NCBI RefSeq assembly: GCF_000150275.1
Contig: NW_002060972.1
Coordinates: 314,500 to 378,499, forward strand
Origin: Trichoplax adhaerens
Taxonomy: Eukaryota > Animalia > Placozoa
Length of the DNA stretch: 64,000 bases
Direction of reading: 5' to 3'
Of the stretch, positions 1 to 12,533 are shown piece after piece; positions within the stretch are counted from its first letter, which is position 1, and each line of letters opens with the position of its first letter. The notes under the pieces were generated by a model. It saw only the letters and a program-made list of their open reading frames with translations, did not search any database and was not told where the DNA came from. Both the position numbers and the translations under genes were made by a program.

Positions 1-301
1 CTTGCCCCGACCGACGATCACTACGTCTGGTAAAAAAAAAAAGAACCAATGTAGAAAACTCATGGGCATAGACCTTCATCCATTCTATTTCTATTGACTA
101 TCGAGAAAGAGTGGTACCTAGAGGGTAAGTAGGTTAGCGCAATTGGGACAAGTTGTTAGACGGTTTTCAAGTATCCATTTTTTTCCTCCCTTCAATTAAT
201 TGAAAGGAATTTGAAAGTATGAAACGAAAGTCTTTGTGCTAAGACAGACTGCCTTGCCCTCAATTTGAAATTATTAGCCTACATAGAACGTTCTATCGTA
301 C

Positions 302-452
302 CTGCTTCGATGACTCCATAGAGGCCATTAAAGTAGACATTGGGTATAGACTTTAATTTTCGGCTGCTTAAATTTAATTTACCAATATCATTGGATTCTT
401 GTAAGCATCTTTCCACTGATTTCTTCTTATTGGAATAGATTGCAGTCGACAT
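302..452 (-). CDS. LRCH: First coding exon of a leucine-rich repeat and calponin homology domain protein (LRCH family); the rest of the gene lies left of the window
   Basis: Manual translation from ATG at 452: MSTAIYSNKKKSVERCLQESNDIGKLNLSSRKLKSIPNVYFNGLYGVIEA+G, then a phase-1 donor (CAG|GTACGA at 301). It matches the LRCH N-terminal cap as I recall it (SLERALEEAANSGGLNLSARKLKEFP...TVQAD), including the intron position. Too short for the ORF track. Confidence 0.8.
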
Positions 453-639
453 GACGTACCATGTTTTTTGCCCCTACAGTTTTAGGGTCAATTTAGCATA
501 GCAAGTAGTAGGATAGCATGAAATGGAGCATTTATTCAAAGGCAACCAAGGCAGAAAGTCTTGATAGAGTGAATTAATTGATGTAGATTGACAAAATGGA
601 GGAGAATTTCATTGAAATCCGGCAAGAATGTGTTTGGTC

Positions 640-710
640 TGGGGAAATGAGCGTCTGACTCTTTCTACGTCCAATCAATCAACAACAGTCTGACGCCAGC
701 TTGACGACAG
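640..710 (-). promoter_or_regulatory. Probable LRCH promoter region
   Basis: CCAAT at about 671 and two TGACG (CRE half-site) motifs at about 691 and 702, in a locally GC-richer patch about 200-250 nt upstream of the LRCH ATG. Confidence 0.35.
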
Positions 711-1270
711 TACCGAGTACTGTACTCAGTCTGTCTCAGTGTATAGTACTGTAAACCAAGGCATGAACACTTGCAGTACAGTACTGTATTGAGCAGGCCT
801 CACCGTACAGTGTACAGTACACTGCCTTACAATACTATGTACCGTAAAGCGCTCTTATTGGATCGGAGTCAGTGTACTCAGTGTACAGTACAGTACTAGT
901 GAAAACCAAGGCATGAATACAGTAGACCTGAGGAAGGTTCGGTTCGAAGTTCGAACCATTATCATCTACTGTACTGTACTGTATGCCCGCATGAAGAGGC
1001 CTAACCTTACAGTGTACAGTACACTGCCGTACAATACTATGTACTCTTACTTATCGGAGTCAGTGTACTGTACTGTAATGTACAGTACTCAGTGTGCTGT
1101 AGTACTGAGTGTACAGTACAGTACACTACGGTACAATACTATACTGTATTGTACAGTACAAAACAGCGTATCGTACAGTACACACCACTGTAAGTCGATC
1201 ATAAACACAGTAATGTACAGTACAGTGTACAGTGTACAGTGTACAGTACAAGTGCTTGTCAAGGGTACGG
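705..1270. repeat. Low-complexity TACAG/TACTG/GTAC-rich array with internal ~150-200 bp duplications
   Basis: Dense TACAGTAC/TACTGTA words. Duplicated blocks: AAACCAAGGCATGAA (about 753 and 904), GGCCT.ACC.TACAGTGTACAGTACACTGCC.TACAATACTATGTAC (about 796 and 998), ATCGGAGTCAGTGTACT (about 862 and 1053). The C/T/V/Y/S-rich ORFs here are by-products. Confidence 0.85.
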
Positions 1271-3624
1271 TACACGAATAGACATAGAAAATGTCCAAGA
1301 ACTGATTTCCCAAATTTTAGATGATTGAAAAATAAATTGGTTTGCAATTTCAATTCATTTTATATCTATCCAAAGAAAAAGAGTTGAAGTACAAGATATC
1401 CGCTGATAGAACATGGATTGAAAAAGCAAAACATTTTTTTCATTAATATAGAAATTCGGGAATTAGTTCTTGGACACTTTGTACCATAAGCTTTTGCTTG
1501 GTATACAGAATGACAGAAACGTTTCATTTAGTTCACTTTGACCTTGGCTACCATTGGATGATGAAGGTGAAAAAAGAATTTGAAATAAAATAGTTTACAT
1601 CCATATGTTATGCTATAGTATTTACTATGAATGCTGCTGTTCAATCAGCTTAGCAAGCCTGCCTGAAACCTTAAACTGTATTCTTAATAGAAATCACCAT
1701 ATTGAAGGAAGTCCTTCTGATGTGACGGTTCAAGTCATTTCATTGCAATCTTGTCTTCATCAAATAAACCGTTTCAGTGATTTACCCCAAAATTTCAAAT
1801 TTTTTTCAATCCTAATTCAATATGCTACCTTAGAAACAAATTACAATGGATAACTTAATTATTGAGACCCGAAGAAAGATCACACAGATGCTGTTATGAT
1901 ATCGAATCGCAGTAGATTACATTGACTATACTGTACTTGATCAATTAACGGAAGAGCAGGTAGGAATAATGTAGGCGGATCAACTTTAATACAATCCAGT
2001 CAAGCAAAGAGGCCATTAAGCTCTTCCAAATTGATATCAAGTTCTTGAATTACCGATACGCTTAAGCGTAAATTAATTAGTGTAAAAATGCAAATGAATA
2101 AAAACGAAGGACTAAATTTGCATTTATTAAGGAATTAGTACGACTGCTTAGGCAGAGCGTAGAAAGAATTCCATGAGAAATTGGCAAAAGCTGTGTGCCT
2201 AGCACAAATAACTTCTTATGGAGGCGGTCGGAAATGAGCTGCTTCACGGGCGTTTTTGAAATTTTCGACTTGAAAATCAAGATCCAAAATATTATTTTTT
2301 ATACTATCAAAGATGAGTTTAAGCTAGTTGATTTGAAATAATCCTGCAAGTCTGCAGCTGGCTGTGTTGGTACTGTATTGTAAACTAGACTTGAATTTAG
2401 AAATTCATGTTTGAAAGATGATAATATCACCTACTCATGATCAAAGTGGCTTACATTGCATTTTAAAGTACTAGACAATCATTTACTAATGCATACGCAT
2501 AGCTGCACTGCTACGAGTGTATAACAGTACAGCTAAACGAAAAAGTACCAGAGAAGTCAAGAGTTTTAAATTCTGAATAAAAAAGGAGACTAAATTCAAA
2601 GTGTTCTTGAAGTAATTCGAGTGCTATAGCACTATTAAGTTATACTTCGACTATTGAATCGCTTTGATCTCCTACTTGTTAAAACCTACAAATATTGCTT
2701 AAATATTTAATCTTGCCGTTTTTGTAAATACTATTGTCAAGTCAAACATACAGTATATTCGGTAATGTTAGTAGTCGCTGCTGACTATGGAAGGATCCAA
2801 CTTTGGGTATTCGTGTTCTATATATAGCTCTCCCTTCTCAGTTTATGTCATTCACAAAGTTGTATCTAGCAAAGTGATGGTCGTCGGCTATATAGCTATT
2901 AGATAGAGAGATTTGAGACCTGAGAGCAGACCTGAGAAAGGTTCGGTTCGGTGCTGAGAGGTCTGTCAACTTTCTTTTTTGTTGAACAAATATCTTGTCA
3001 GATAGTAGTATTGAAGTGGTTTATTATAGCGCAGGATAAACTAATAGACTTCATTTCATCGATATCGAAATGATCACAACTGCATTGTACGATTAAGTAA
3101 AATTCCTTATGGACAGATATACAAAGTCAGTAATATAGCTTGAGATATTATCTTTATTGACGGACAGATGACAGCAGGGTTTATCAAGACAACGGAAAGA
3201 GGAAATTCAGTATATCGATATTAATTTTCCATCAACATATGGATTAATTTAATTATTTTTTAATGTTTCCAGCTACAGGTGTACAACTATACATCATCCT
3301 TATATGCTACAATGAACAGCTGAACACAGTTGGCGTTCTTGGGCAAGATGGCATGTTTTGACGCTACATTTTGGATTTGGGCACTGTAAAAAGCAACCAA
3401 TGATCAGTTTTAGTTATCGTCATACTGAAACATTGCCAAAATAGTAGAAATTACAAGCCATTCATTCCATGATGCAATAACGCTAGTAATATCAAGGACT
3501 ACTACAACAAAAAAATAAAATGTCAATTTTAATTGAATTATAGATTACTTGGAACTATGATGACACTGCGCCAAATACCATCACAAAAGCAAGTTTTGAA
3601 ATTTCTTGGGGAAAGTCGCAGGCA

Positions 3625-3653
3625 GTAACCAGTGGCAACCAAGGTGTGGCAAC
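3625..3653. promoter_or_regulatory. RFX X-box plus extra half-site, candidate distal myosin VII promoter
   Basis: GTAACC-AGT-GGCAAC (3625-3639) fits GTNRCC-N0-3-RGYAAC; a second GGCAAC at 3648-3653; lies in a GC-richer patch about 550 nt upstream of the candidate exon at 4182. Confidence 0.45.
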
Positions 3654-4181
3654 GGGTAGAACGCCCAAAACCAAAGACTGAGTGGGTGCGTCCAGTTCGC
3701 TCAAATTGCTCTACCAGACACCACTGTTACAGCGCGTGTTTCTTTGAAGGTCGATGATGATTCCTACCACTCCCTACTCCTTAATTGCTCCACAACAAGT
3801 CCACATCAGTAAATGTTGTAGTACTGCATCAATAGGAGGTCTTGCATCCATTTGAACCCATACCTATGTGTCTACTATGCAGTATGCATTGGACTCTGCT
3901 TTGTTATTGGTTTGGTAGTCCGAAGGAGTAGAGTGGAGGGAGTAGTAAACTTGTTGCTTGCGCATCCAAGCAACCAAGTCCAATTCTTATTCGATTTTGC
4001 CCGGAAATAGTACAACTGTCATCTGTATTCCAGTACAGTACTCGATTTTCAGTTTTTATGCTTGGTTTGCAATGACTGAGATTACGACACAACGATTAAT
4101 TATTGATTCATCGTGTGCTGACTTGCTGCTCTTGTTGTTATAACAACTTATTATTGATAAACTGCAAAAACTATCGTGGTG

Positions 4182-4220
4182 ATGAAAAAGGCCAAACTGG
4201 CTACGAATCATTCATTACAG
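4182..4220 (+). CDS. Candidate alternative first coding exon of myosin VII (MKKAKLATNHSLQ)
   Basis: First ATG after an in-frame TAA (4158-4160); 13 codons ending CAG|GTGAAT, phase 0, compatible with the phase-0 acceptor at 12777. No transcript evidence. Confidence 0.4.
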
Positions 4221-4807
4221 GTGAATAGGAGAAAAGTAATTATCTATTTTTTTATGTTATTTCATCTTGTTAACATGTTTTAATGATCCCCTGAAATCGA
4301 TCAGTTGTACGTACAATGATTGAATATCAACATGAATAGGCTGATCAGTCATTCTGTGTCATGATCATCACCATCAACCGATTGTCATCATCCTAAATAC
4401 GGTTGTGCCATGTCATGTACTCCTCGATGAATTGATCTAGAACAGTCCGTCATTTTATTTCTAAATTAATGTTTCCAATTTTGTTTCCAAAGATATGACA
4501 ATTGATTCATTTGGTCATCACCCTTATCGTCTCTTGTTATTGCTGACGATAAAACCCTTTCCTAATGCTTACGGCTTACCATCATCAGCTTAACTTAAAC
4601 AATTGGCCTTCAATTCCCAATGACGTGCAGTAGCGGCCCTATTTATATTATCACGGAGCCACAAGGGTCCTATTCAACCATCGCCATGCTGTAGAGTCTA
4701 CAGTATACATACAGTGTACAATATCAATCGGTAAATGCAGTACCTAGAAAGTAAAGCAGATCTTACTAATCGACAGTTGGATATTAGACCATTTAGAACA
4801 ACTACTA

Positions 4808-4908
4808 GTATACATTTAGACAGGAAGAACAACTAATCGTATACATTTAGACAGGAAGAACAAGTAATCGTATACATTATAGACAGGAAGAACAACTAAT
4901 CGTATACA
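4808..4908. repeat. 31-bp minisatellite, about 3.2 copies
   Basis: GTATACATTTAGACAGGAAGAACAA(C/G)TAATC at 4808, 4839 and 4870, near-identical. Confidence 0.95.
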
Positions 4909-5059
4909 ATGGCCCAATAGCACCAGTCATTAGAATAATACGATAAGAAGTTAATACTGAACAGACGGGCGGGGCCCAATTACATTCTTGATCGTTATTT
5001 TAATCAATTAATACAATTCCCCTTGTAATGTTATTAATAACTAATAAGCAACTCTAATG

Positions 5060-6350
5060 ATTTTTAATCTTGACTTTCCACTAACGCTATCAATGGCAAC
5101 GTTAAAGTTAAAACTTTCGTACTAGCTATCGATGATGAACATCCGATAATGCTTTAATGATGGTTAGAAAAGTGGACTTTTGAGTCAGTGTTGTTGATTA
5201 TACTGTACGACTATAATCATATGTTAAAACTTTTCAACTGATGGTATCAATAACAATGCTACAGCGAAAACTCTTATGCTATCGATGATGAACATCTAAT
5301 ATTAATACGATGATCATGGTTAGCAAATTCAAAGTTTTCAATCATATCGCTAGATGGATTACTGCTTTACTGGACAACAGTGTAACGTGCAAAGTGTTGT
5401 TGATTACATACAGTAGGCGTACAGTAATTGCATACTGTACTGTATACCTTCATCGCTCTAATCGTGCCCGTACTAATGAGACCTTTCCAAAGGCCCGATG
5501 GCTTTCTTGATCACTACAGTATTGAACTTTACGAATATGTTCCCTTTCCTTTAGCTGCCGCTAGTATCAATAGCAAAGTCGTAGATCACTCTTACTTCAA
5601 GTTACTTGATTGATGATTACAATTACCAATGTTAGTTATGTCATGAATTATTTTGATAACTGTCGGAAAACAAGAAGTTGAAATATTGGTATCAGGTATT
5701 TGCTTTCGTGATCGTTCTTTGACATGAGAGTATCCAAATGAAAATGTCGTTTTCCCTTAATTTTTTTTAGCTACTGGTATCCATAGCGATATTGTAGCTA
5801 GAAACCCTTGTATGATTGATAACTATAATGGTTAGAAAACTCTGAATTTTTTTTTAAATCGTATTGTGTTACACCAATTACGCTACAACGGTGCAGCGAG
5901 GCAAGTAATGACTTTTTTATCGTTATTATTCAGCTTTCTTATGCTACCTAATCAATAGCAAGTAGTACAGCTAAAAACTCTGCCATGATTCGTTACTACC
6001 GCCATATCCAAATGCGTTGTGCCTTGATGAATGATAGAAAATTATATCTTTGAGTGGCATTGTTAGACTAATTATGAGTACAGCGAGCCAAGTCTATGTA
6101 TTGTTGATTCAACGTAATCTCTTGTGTTTATCGTCGGGCCTAAGGCTACTTGATCTATAATAATGTTTTATTTTCTTACCTTCAACTGCTGGTATTAGTA
6201 GCAATGTTGCAGTTGAAACTAGCATTACCGATTACAAGCTCCAAATCCACATTGCATCTCGATCACTGAAATTGGAGTCCTATCGCTAGACGGATTACAA
6301 GAGTACACGGGGGTCTAGTATTGTTGATTAGTCTACAGTTGAGAGTATCA
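5060..6350. repeat. Degenerate tandem array, unit about 160-300 bp
   Basis: Recurring block like TTTCAACTG.TGGTAT.AATAGCAA.G.TACAGC.AAAACT near 5075, 5232, 5550, 5770, 5935 and 6181; GCTATCGATGATGAACATC at 5126 and 5278. Confidence 0.65.
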
Positions 6351-7260
6351 TGCAAAGTCTTGTCTACAGTATGATTGAATACCAATTGCAACATGTGTAT
6401 CCTTTTGCCAACGATGCGAAACTTTGGTAGATACCTTGTCAACCATTAGTGTTTGAGAGTGGAGCAATATTCTGCACGAAAGTGTATCTATGCTCGTATA
6501 CAGAGTATTCTACAGCTAAGACAATAAGCGTTAGCGGTAAATGATTATTAAATGACTACTGTATCAGAGGATTATGTTCATAACTAATGTCGATATTTTA
6601 GACCAGACGCAGGAGAGTAAACTGCAAATGGACGTAGAATGTACTGTACTGTAACGTAGGATTCTTTTCAGCTTATCGGGTAGTATAACATCATTTGGAT
6701 TGCAACCCAAATAGTATATCCCATGTTGGTTAGTGCAAGCACTACGAATATAGGCGTAGTAGCTTAGCTAATGTTGCCATTGATGGCTTAAGAGTCGTTA
6801 TCAAACAATAAGCTGCTAGTGAAATACCTTATGCATGTGTAAAGTTTGGTTAGTCAACCATGGTTTAGGCATGCATAATTCATGAACGAGCTTCTACAAA
6901 TTCATTGACAGATCTATTTTAGGTAGGTTTGATTTGTTTTTTAATTTCCTTGAGAACTCTTTCCTAGCACAGGTTGCTGGAATAAATGGCATAGTACCGT
7001 AGCCTTGATGGACTACGTAGGTTAGTCGAATGATACCGTGTAGTAATTACCGTTTTGATTATTTTCAATTCTTCTTGAAACCCATTCCCCCTTATAACGG
7101 GCTTGGTACAAACCGAAATTTATCGCGATATCATCTGGAGATTACAGTCCATTAATTAATTATGCATCTTTATAGGCGAAATTCAACCCAACTTTGTTGT
7201 AAAATCGGTGGATTGAACGTCTATAAACATGAATTCGTTATCAATACCTAGATAACATTC

Positions 7261-7577
7261 TAGAACTACACGGTTATCTATAAAGTATGAAAGTTAGCAT
7301 AGATAGCGGTAATATTAACGATTATCCAATAGCGTTGTATACGGAAGTAAAGTGTTTATCTACGAATAGAAAGTATTGCTCAGACAATAACCCTTTCGTG
7401 ATAGAATACAACAAGTTTAGAACTACACTGTTATCTATAAAATATGAAAGTTAGCATAGATAGTGGTAAGTAATATTGACAATTATCCAATAACGCTGTA
7501 TACGGAAGTAAAGTGTTTGTCTATGAATAGAAGTACTGCTCAGACAATTACCCTTCATGATAGAATACAGCATGTTT
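7261..7577. repeat. Tandem duplication of a ~157-bp unit
   Basis: TAGAACTACAC.GTTATCTATAAA.TATGAAAGTTAGCATAGATAG... starts at 7261 and 7418; the two copies are similar along their whole length. Confidence 0.9.
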
Positions 7578-7699
7578 GTTCATGTCCTTCAGCATGAACT
7601 AGTAGAAACTCCCGAGTTTCTACTAGTCTTTGTCTTCTTATAGTTATTGCTATTACCTCTATGTTTTAGTCGAATTTTTGACTAATATACACAACCGGC

Positions 7700-8480
7700 T
7701 GTTGCAACAAATTACTTGAACGAGTCTTGATTGAATACCCAATACCCAATATGTATTCGGGTTGCTTTGTCAGCAGCGATTTGTTGCTGCTTATAAATAT
7801 TCTTGTCGCATTATTTTTCAATTCAGCTTAGAGCCCTTTTTCCATACTACTGTACCTTGTACAAGCTAGTGTAATCAATTACTTGAGAGGCCTGATTAAA
7901 TACCCAAGAGGTTGTCCAATATTCAAGTTATTAGTCGGTAATTGTTTGGGCCCATATTATTCTACCCTAAGTGATTTTTCATTTCGACACGCAGCCCTTT
8001 TCCATAGAATAAGCTAGTGAGTGGAATATACTGCTTGGGAGGGCCTAATTGAATACCCAATGTGTGTGGTAGTAGCTTAGTCAACAAGCATTTCTTTACG
8101 CTTGCAATATTCCAATCGAATGATTTCAAATTCATTCCATCCTGAGCTCATTCCTATACTGCAAGCAAATGGAATTGATTACTTAGGAAGCCTGGTTGAA
8201 TAGTAGTAATAAACATTCAATAGACGTTGATATTGGTGCTAATTCAGCCACGGTTTATTTACGCTTCCATTGATTCTACCCGAATCATTTTTGAATTCAA
8301 CGCACAGCCTAATTACTCTGAGAAGGCCCTATTAAACAATCAAACTGCCTACAGTATTTGAGTGTCCAGGTTCGGAGTAGTCAGCAACGGTTTATTTAAG
8401 CTGCAATTCTTCTCGTCCAATGTACATTTATTTCTGGAATTCAACTACACTGTAAGAAATGACTTCGGAAACCTAATTGA
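7700..8480. repeat. Degenerate tandem array, unit about 150-165 bp
   Basis: Recurring AATTACTTG..AGGCCT.ATTGAATACCCAA-like blocks (about 7710, 7878, 8030, 8175, 8310) and AAGCTAGTG. Confidence 0.6.
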
Positions 8481-9819
8481 ATCAGCAATGTTTGCTCATG
8501 CTAGCCAGTCAATGAAAACTTACCTTGTTATTGATTTTAACCCTTCTTGTATATCAATCTTCGTTCATCATCATCATCATCATGACATTGAAGAGCATGC
8601 TGATCTAATCAATAAGGAAGTAAAATAGACAAATAAGACTTAACCATACGGTTTACCACACCCGTTATTCAATTACAAGATGGTTTATTGATTTAGACCC
8701 TGAGGGAAGTGATTGAATAGGCTAGGATTTACTAGTGTGTCATTTAGTGGATTTCTACCATTTGTAAAGGCCTCGATGGAGATAATTGTAGAGTTGATAA
8801 ATGGAGTGGCCTAACTGATGCACCAATCCCACCAGGTAGGAATGAGATCATCATCCTTTTCGACAATGGATTTTTACTTACCTACTAGGCTGTAAACTTG
8901 GCTTAAATTACTCGTCTGAGGACGGTATGTCAATAAAGAATGCTAAGAGAAATGCTGCTTATTGTATCATTTCGACTGGTAGAGTAGTAGACAAGGGATA
9001 AAACATTCGATTCTCTATCCAGTCGAGTAGCCATTTTATTAGGCAAATATTAACTGTTGCAATCCATAGCTATTGGCTTACAGTTTCAATTCTTCGATGG
9101 GGGCTGAGCTGATGAAAGTGGTTGCATTCTCTTCCTTACCACCTTTTTATTCCCATATTGCATGTCTTGAATCATCATGATAAATTATTTTTCCATTAGT
9201 CATCGTTATTTTACATCATTACTAGTCAACGACATTGTAAAGGATAGCTTGGCGATGGATTATTCCCCAGCTTGATCATCATTCTCTTATCCAGAAGTTG
9301 TGCTCTTATAGTGGCTTACTACAGTGGTAGGGTAAGGTGCAAATGGCGATAGTTTAATGTTGTAGCTTTCTCCATAACTAGACCATGTTGAACTGTTAGA
9401 AAAGAAGAGATAGTAGCCATGATTGCATTATTGAGTTTAGGCGTTGTTCATCATCCTCCGAGTGTGGAGAAGACCATTATGCTAGTGTTGTCGTTTACAT
9501 TCCCAAGCCATCGATACTAGACAAAGATTCTATTTTACTGAACAGGAAGAGAGACAAATAGCTCTCCATCAGTATCATAGCATGTCGATAGATTGGCTTT
9601 TTATGCTTTCATTCCTTTTTAATATCGTTTGCTTTCGAATTAAAAATGTTTTTTTTCCATTGGTATTGCTTCCACTACTCGTGATGGATTGCAATGATCA
9701 ACGATACTGTACGATAGCAAATGGATTAAGCCCTTGTCTGTGAGGAGTGTAATGGCTTTGCAAAGCAATCACTCAAAGTTGCTTTCATCAACAGACTAAA
9801 ATAGATTCATGACGCGACT

Positions 9820-10860
9820 TCTTTTTCATCTTCTTCTTTCTCTTCCATTTTGTTTCTTTAATACGGCAGTACACTGACATTAAATTTGCATTTTTCTTAC
9901 ATTCCTTCAAGTTCAATTGACTGTGTAGTAGTACTGTAATTTAAGCAGTTCATTTTTCTCTTCCATCTTTTCTATTTCTTTCTTTATTTCATCAATACGA
10001 TACTATTTTTGACACTGAATTTCCATTTTTCTTGCATCCATTGAAGTTCAACGAACTGCTTAGCGTAGTAGTGTTGCAATGGAATAAGTATTTTCTCTTC
10101 CGCCAATACTGTTTCTTGAATTAATACGACACCATTTTCATATAGAATTTGGATATTTCCTACATTGTCTGAAGTTCACCGGGTGGACATACTGTAGTTG
10201 AACTATTATTTTCTCTTGCACGAATCCCATTTCTTGAATTAAAACGACTCTATTTTGGCATTGAATTTGCATCTTTCCTGTATTCGTTGAACTTCAATTG
10301 ACCAAATGCTTTTTCTTGAATTAAATCGACACTATTTTGACATTGAATTTGCATCTTTCTCGCATTCGTTGAACTTTAATTGACGAAACACTTTCTCTTG
10401 AATTAAATCGACTCCATTTTGATATTGAATTTGCATCTTTCCTGCATTCGTTGAACTTCAATCGACCAAATACTTTCTCTTCCATCTTCTTTCTTCAATG
10501 TGATTCGACTTTGACATTAAATTTGAATCGTTCTTGCATTCACTAAAGATAAATAGACCGTTGACTAATACCTTCATTGAGAGTTCAGAAATATCCTCTC
10601 TCCCTTCTTATTTCTTGAATGAACATGACACGACTTTTGGCATTCCATTTGGATATTTCCTAGCATTTACTAAAGTTCTCTACTGTCATTGAAGAAGTAC
10701 TTTCTCTTCCATTTTTGTTTCTTTGAATAATGATACTGTGGTAACCCATTTGGATATTTCCTGTTTTCATTCAAGTTGAATAAACTACGTCGTAGTCATT
10801 AAAATGATACTTTCTCTTGCATCTTGTTTCTTTGAACGGCGATACTTAAGCCATTTCCTA
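9820..10860. repeat. Tandem array: inner ~83-bp well-conserved units, outer ~120-bp degenerate units
   Basis: TCTTGAATTAAA.CGAC...ATTTTG..ATTGAATTTGCATCTTTC..G.ATTCGTTGAACTT.AAT at about 10232, 10314 and 10396; TTTCTCTTCCAT recurs in the outer copies. Confidence 0.9.
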
Positions 10861-11799
10861 CGTTCACAGGCGGTGTCGGTGATGATTTCAATGGCATAAT
10901 ACTGAGTTGAAAATTATTTAATATCTAATGAATGAATAATTAGGTGTATTATCCATTCTCTCCTTTTTTCCTTTTGCTTAAAGAATGCCTTTTTCAACTA
11001 CTTTGTCGTGTATTTTGAATGATCCATTAACTCGATATTGTCCCTGAAGAAATTTCTGATGGATCAATTCGATCGACATGGCAGCTACTTGCAGACATTG
11101 ATGGAAGGCTTTTTTTCTTTACTTTCAATTTGTTGTCGAGTTGATTCTCTTCCTCTTTCATTTTATTGATTCTTTTTACCTCTCTTGAGCGTATCCCATT
11201 GACATTAGCCTTTTCAAAGTTCGACCTTTGATTGCTTGCCTATTTGATTTTCATTTAAAACTGCTTTCATTTGGTTACAATGTGTGATTGATTGAATTGT
11301 TTCATGATCCTCCATATTAGACCGTGATTGCAAAAGCGCTTTCTATTCCATTTCCGAGCTATTTTTTAGTCACTGCTATAGTTGCTTGCCATCGAATTGG
11401 CAAGAGAGTGAATTATTCGGTTTGCCTTCAACAATTGAAGAATTAGCGCTCTTCGACAGTAGAGATGGATTGCTCAAGTTTCTTTTCAATCCAAGTACCT
11501 TGTAGCTTTGCATGCCCACTTTCTTGTGATTTGAGTAAACTACTGTATACTCTTCCACGGTACTTCCATGCTAGTAGACTTTAAGACAATTTGATTTAAA
11601 AATAACCTCGCTACTATTCGAAATCTGATGATAGATGGAAACTATCCGTCATGGAATTTTCTCAATCAGCTTCTCTATCCTAACTCGTTGATCCCAACCG
11701 CTAAAATATTACAGCAATATCGATGCCCTTGAAATATGTCAACACTCCTCATCATCAGCCATTCAAATATCCTGATCCAATGGATCTACTCTATCATTT

Positions 11800-12200
11800 A
11801 GTCACGCATTCATAACATATCCAGTGAAATTTTCCAACAAGCCAAAACATGGACTGAATATGCATGAATTGGCCGTATCATTTTGCCCCTACTTTATTCC
11901 TCAAGGGAAAATCCAAACACGACAGCCATGTCGATAGCCTTAACATTCTTCATCATCATCATGCCATGAAATTTCAGTTTTCCAATAACGACTATTCATT
12001 TTCCCAACGAGCCCAAAATGAATTCACTATCAATCCATCAACAGTATCATCCCATTCCTCAAGGGAAATCCAGCTATCGACAGCAATGTCGTGAGCTTTA
12101 ACAATCCTCATCATTCGCAAGGCATCCGTATGTTGTGTAACTTATCCATTCAAAATTCCCCCCAACTAGCCAAAAATAGATTGAGCATCCATCAGTGAAC
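11800..12200. repeat. Degenerate ~160-bp duplication
   Basis: ATTCCTCAAGGGAAA.TCCA....CGACAGC.ATGTCG....C.TTAACA.TC.TCATCAT at about 11896 and 12054. Confidence 0.7.
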
Positions 12201-12533
12201 AATACCATCTGGTTAAGATTGCTTTCATCATTGAATGGATATCAAGGGAAAAGATCTTTTAGCCAACAGTTTCTCCATGTTATAATGAGATAGAACCAAC
12301 ACTTGGCAGCAATCAATAGGCATTAAGGAGATGTTATTGAATAGCTTTTGTTTGTATTGACTATTTCTTTTGGTCTATGGATGCCATGGTTATTCTATTC
12401 ATTTTGATGGGTATTTCTTTCTTTCCCCTTTTTCTTATTAGTGATATCAATTGATTGCATGCGGTAGAAAACAATTTGACTAGGAGAATTTTCACTTTAT
12501 CCCAAGTGTTGAAGATAGCCAACCTCGATCAAG

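Noticed and set aside
941-958. GGTTCGA as a tRNA T-loop or Pol III B box (also near 12949)
   Set aside because: No cloverleaf or correctly spaced A box could be found.
913-1353. Three overlapping C/T/V/Y/S-rich ORFs
   Set aside because: By-products of the stop-poor TACAGTAC array; open on both strands, with no splice or domain support.
4808-4908. CRISPR-like 31-bp repeats
   Set aside because: No spacers, eukaryotic context and no cas genes; a plain minisatellite.
8362-8628. ORF with a poly-His run (similar one at 11864-12094)
   Set aside because: The His runs come from short (CAT)n microsatellites in repeat-rich non-coding DNA.
9820-10860. Repeat array as a hidden repeat-protein exon
   Set aside because: The ~83-nt unit is not a multiple of three and the ORF track shows no frame here.
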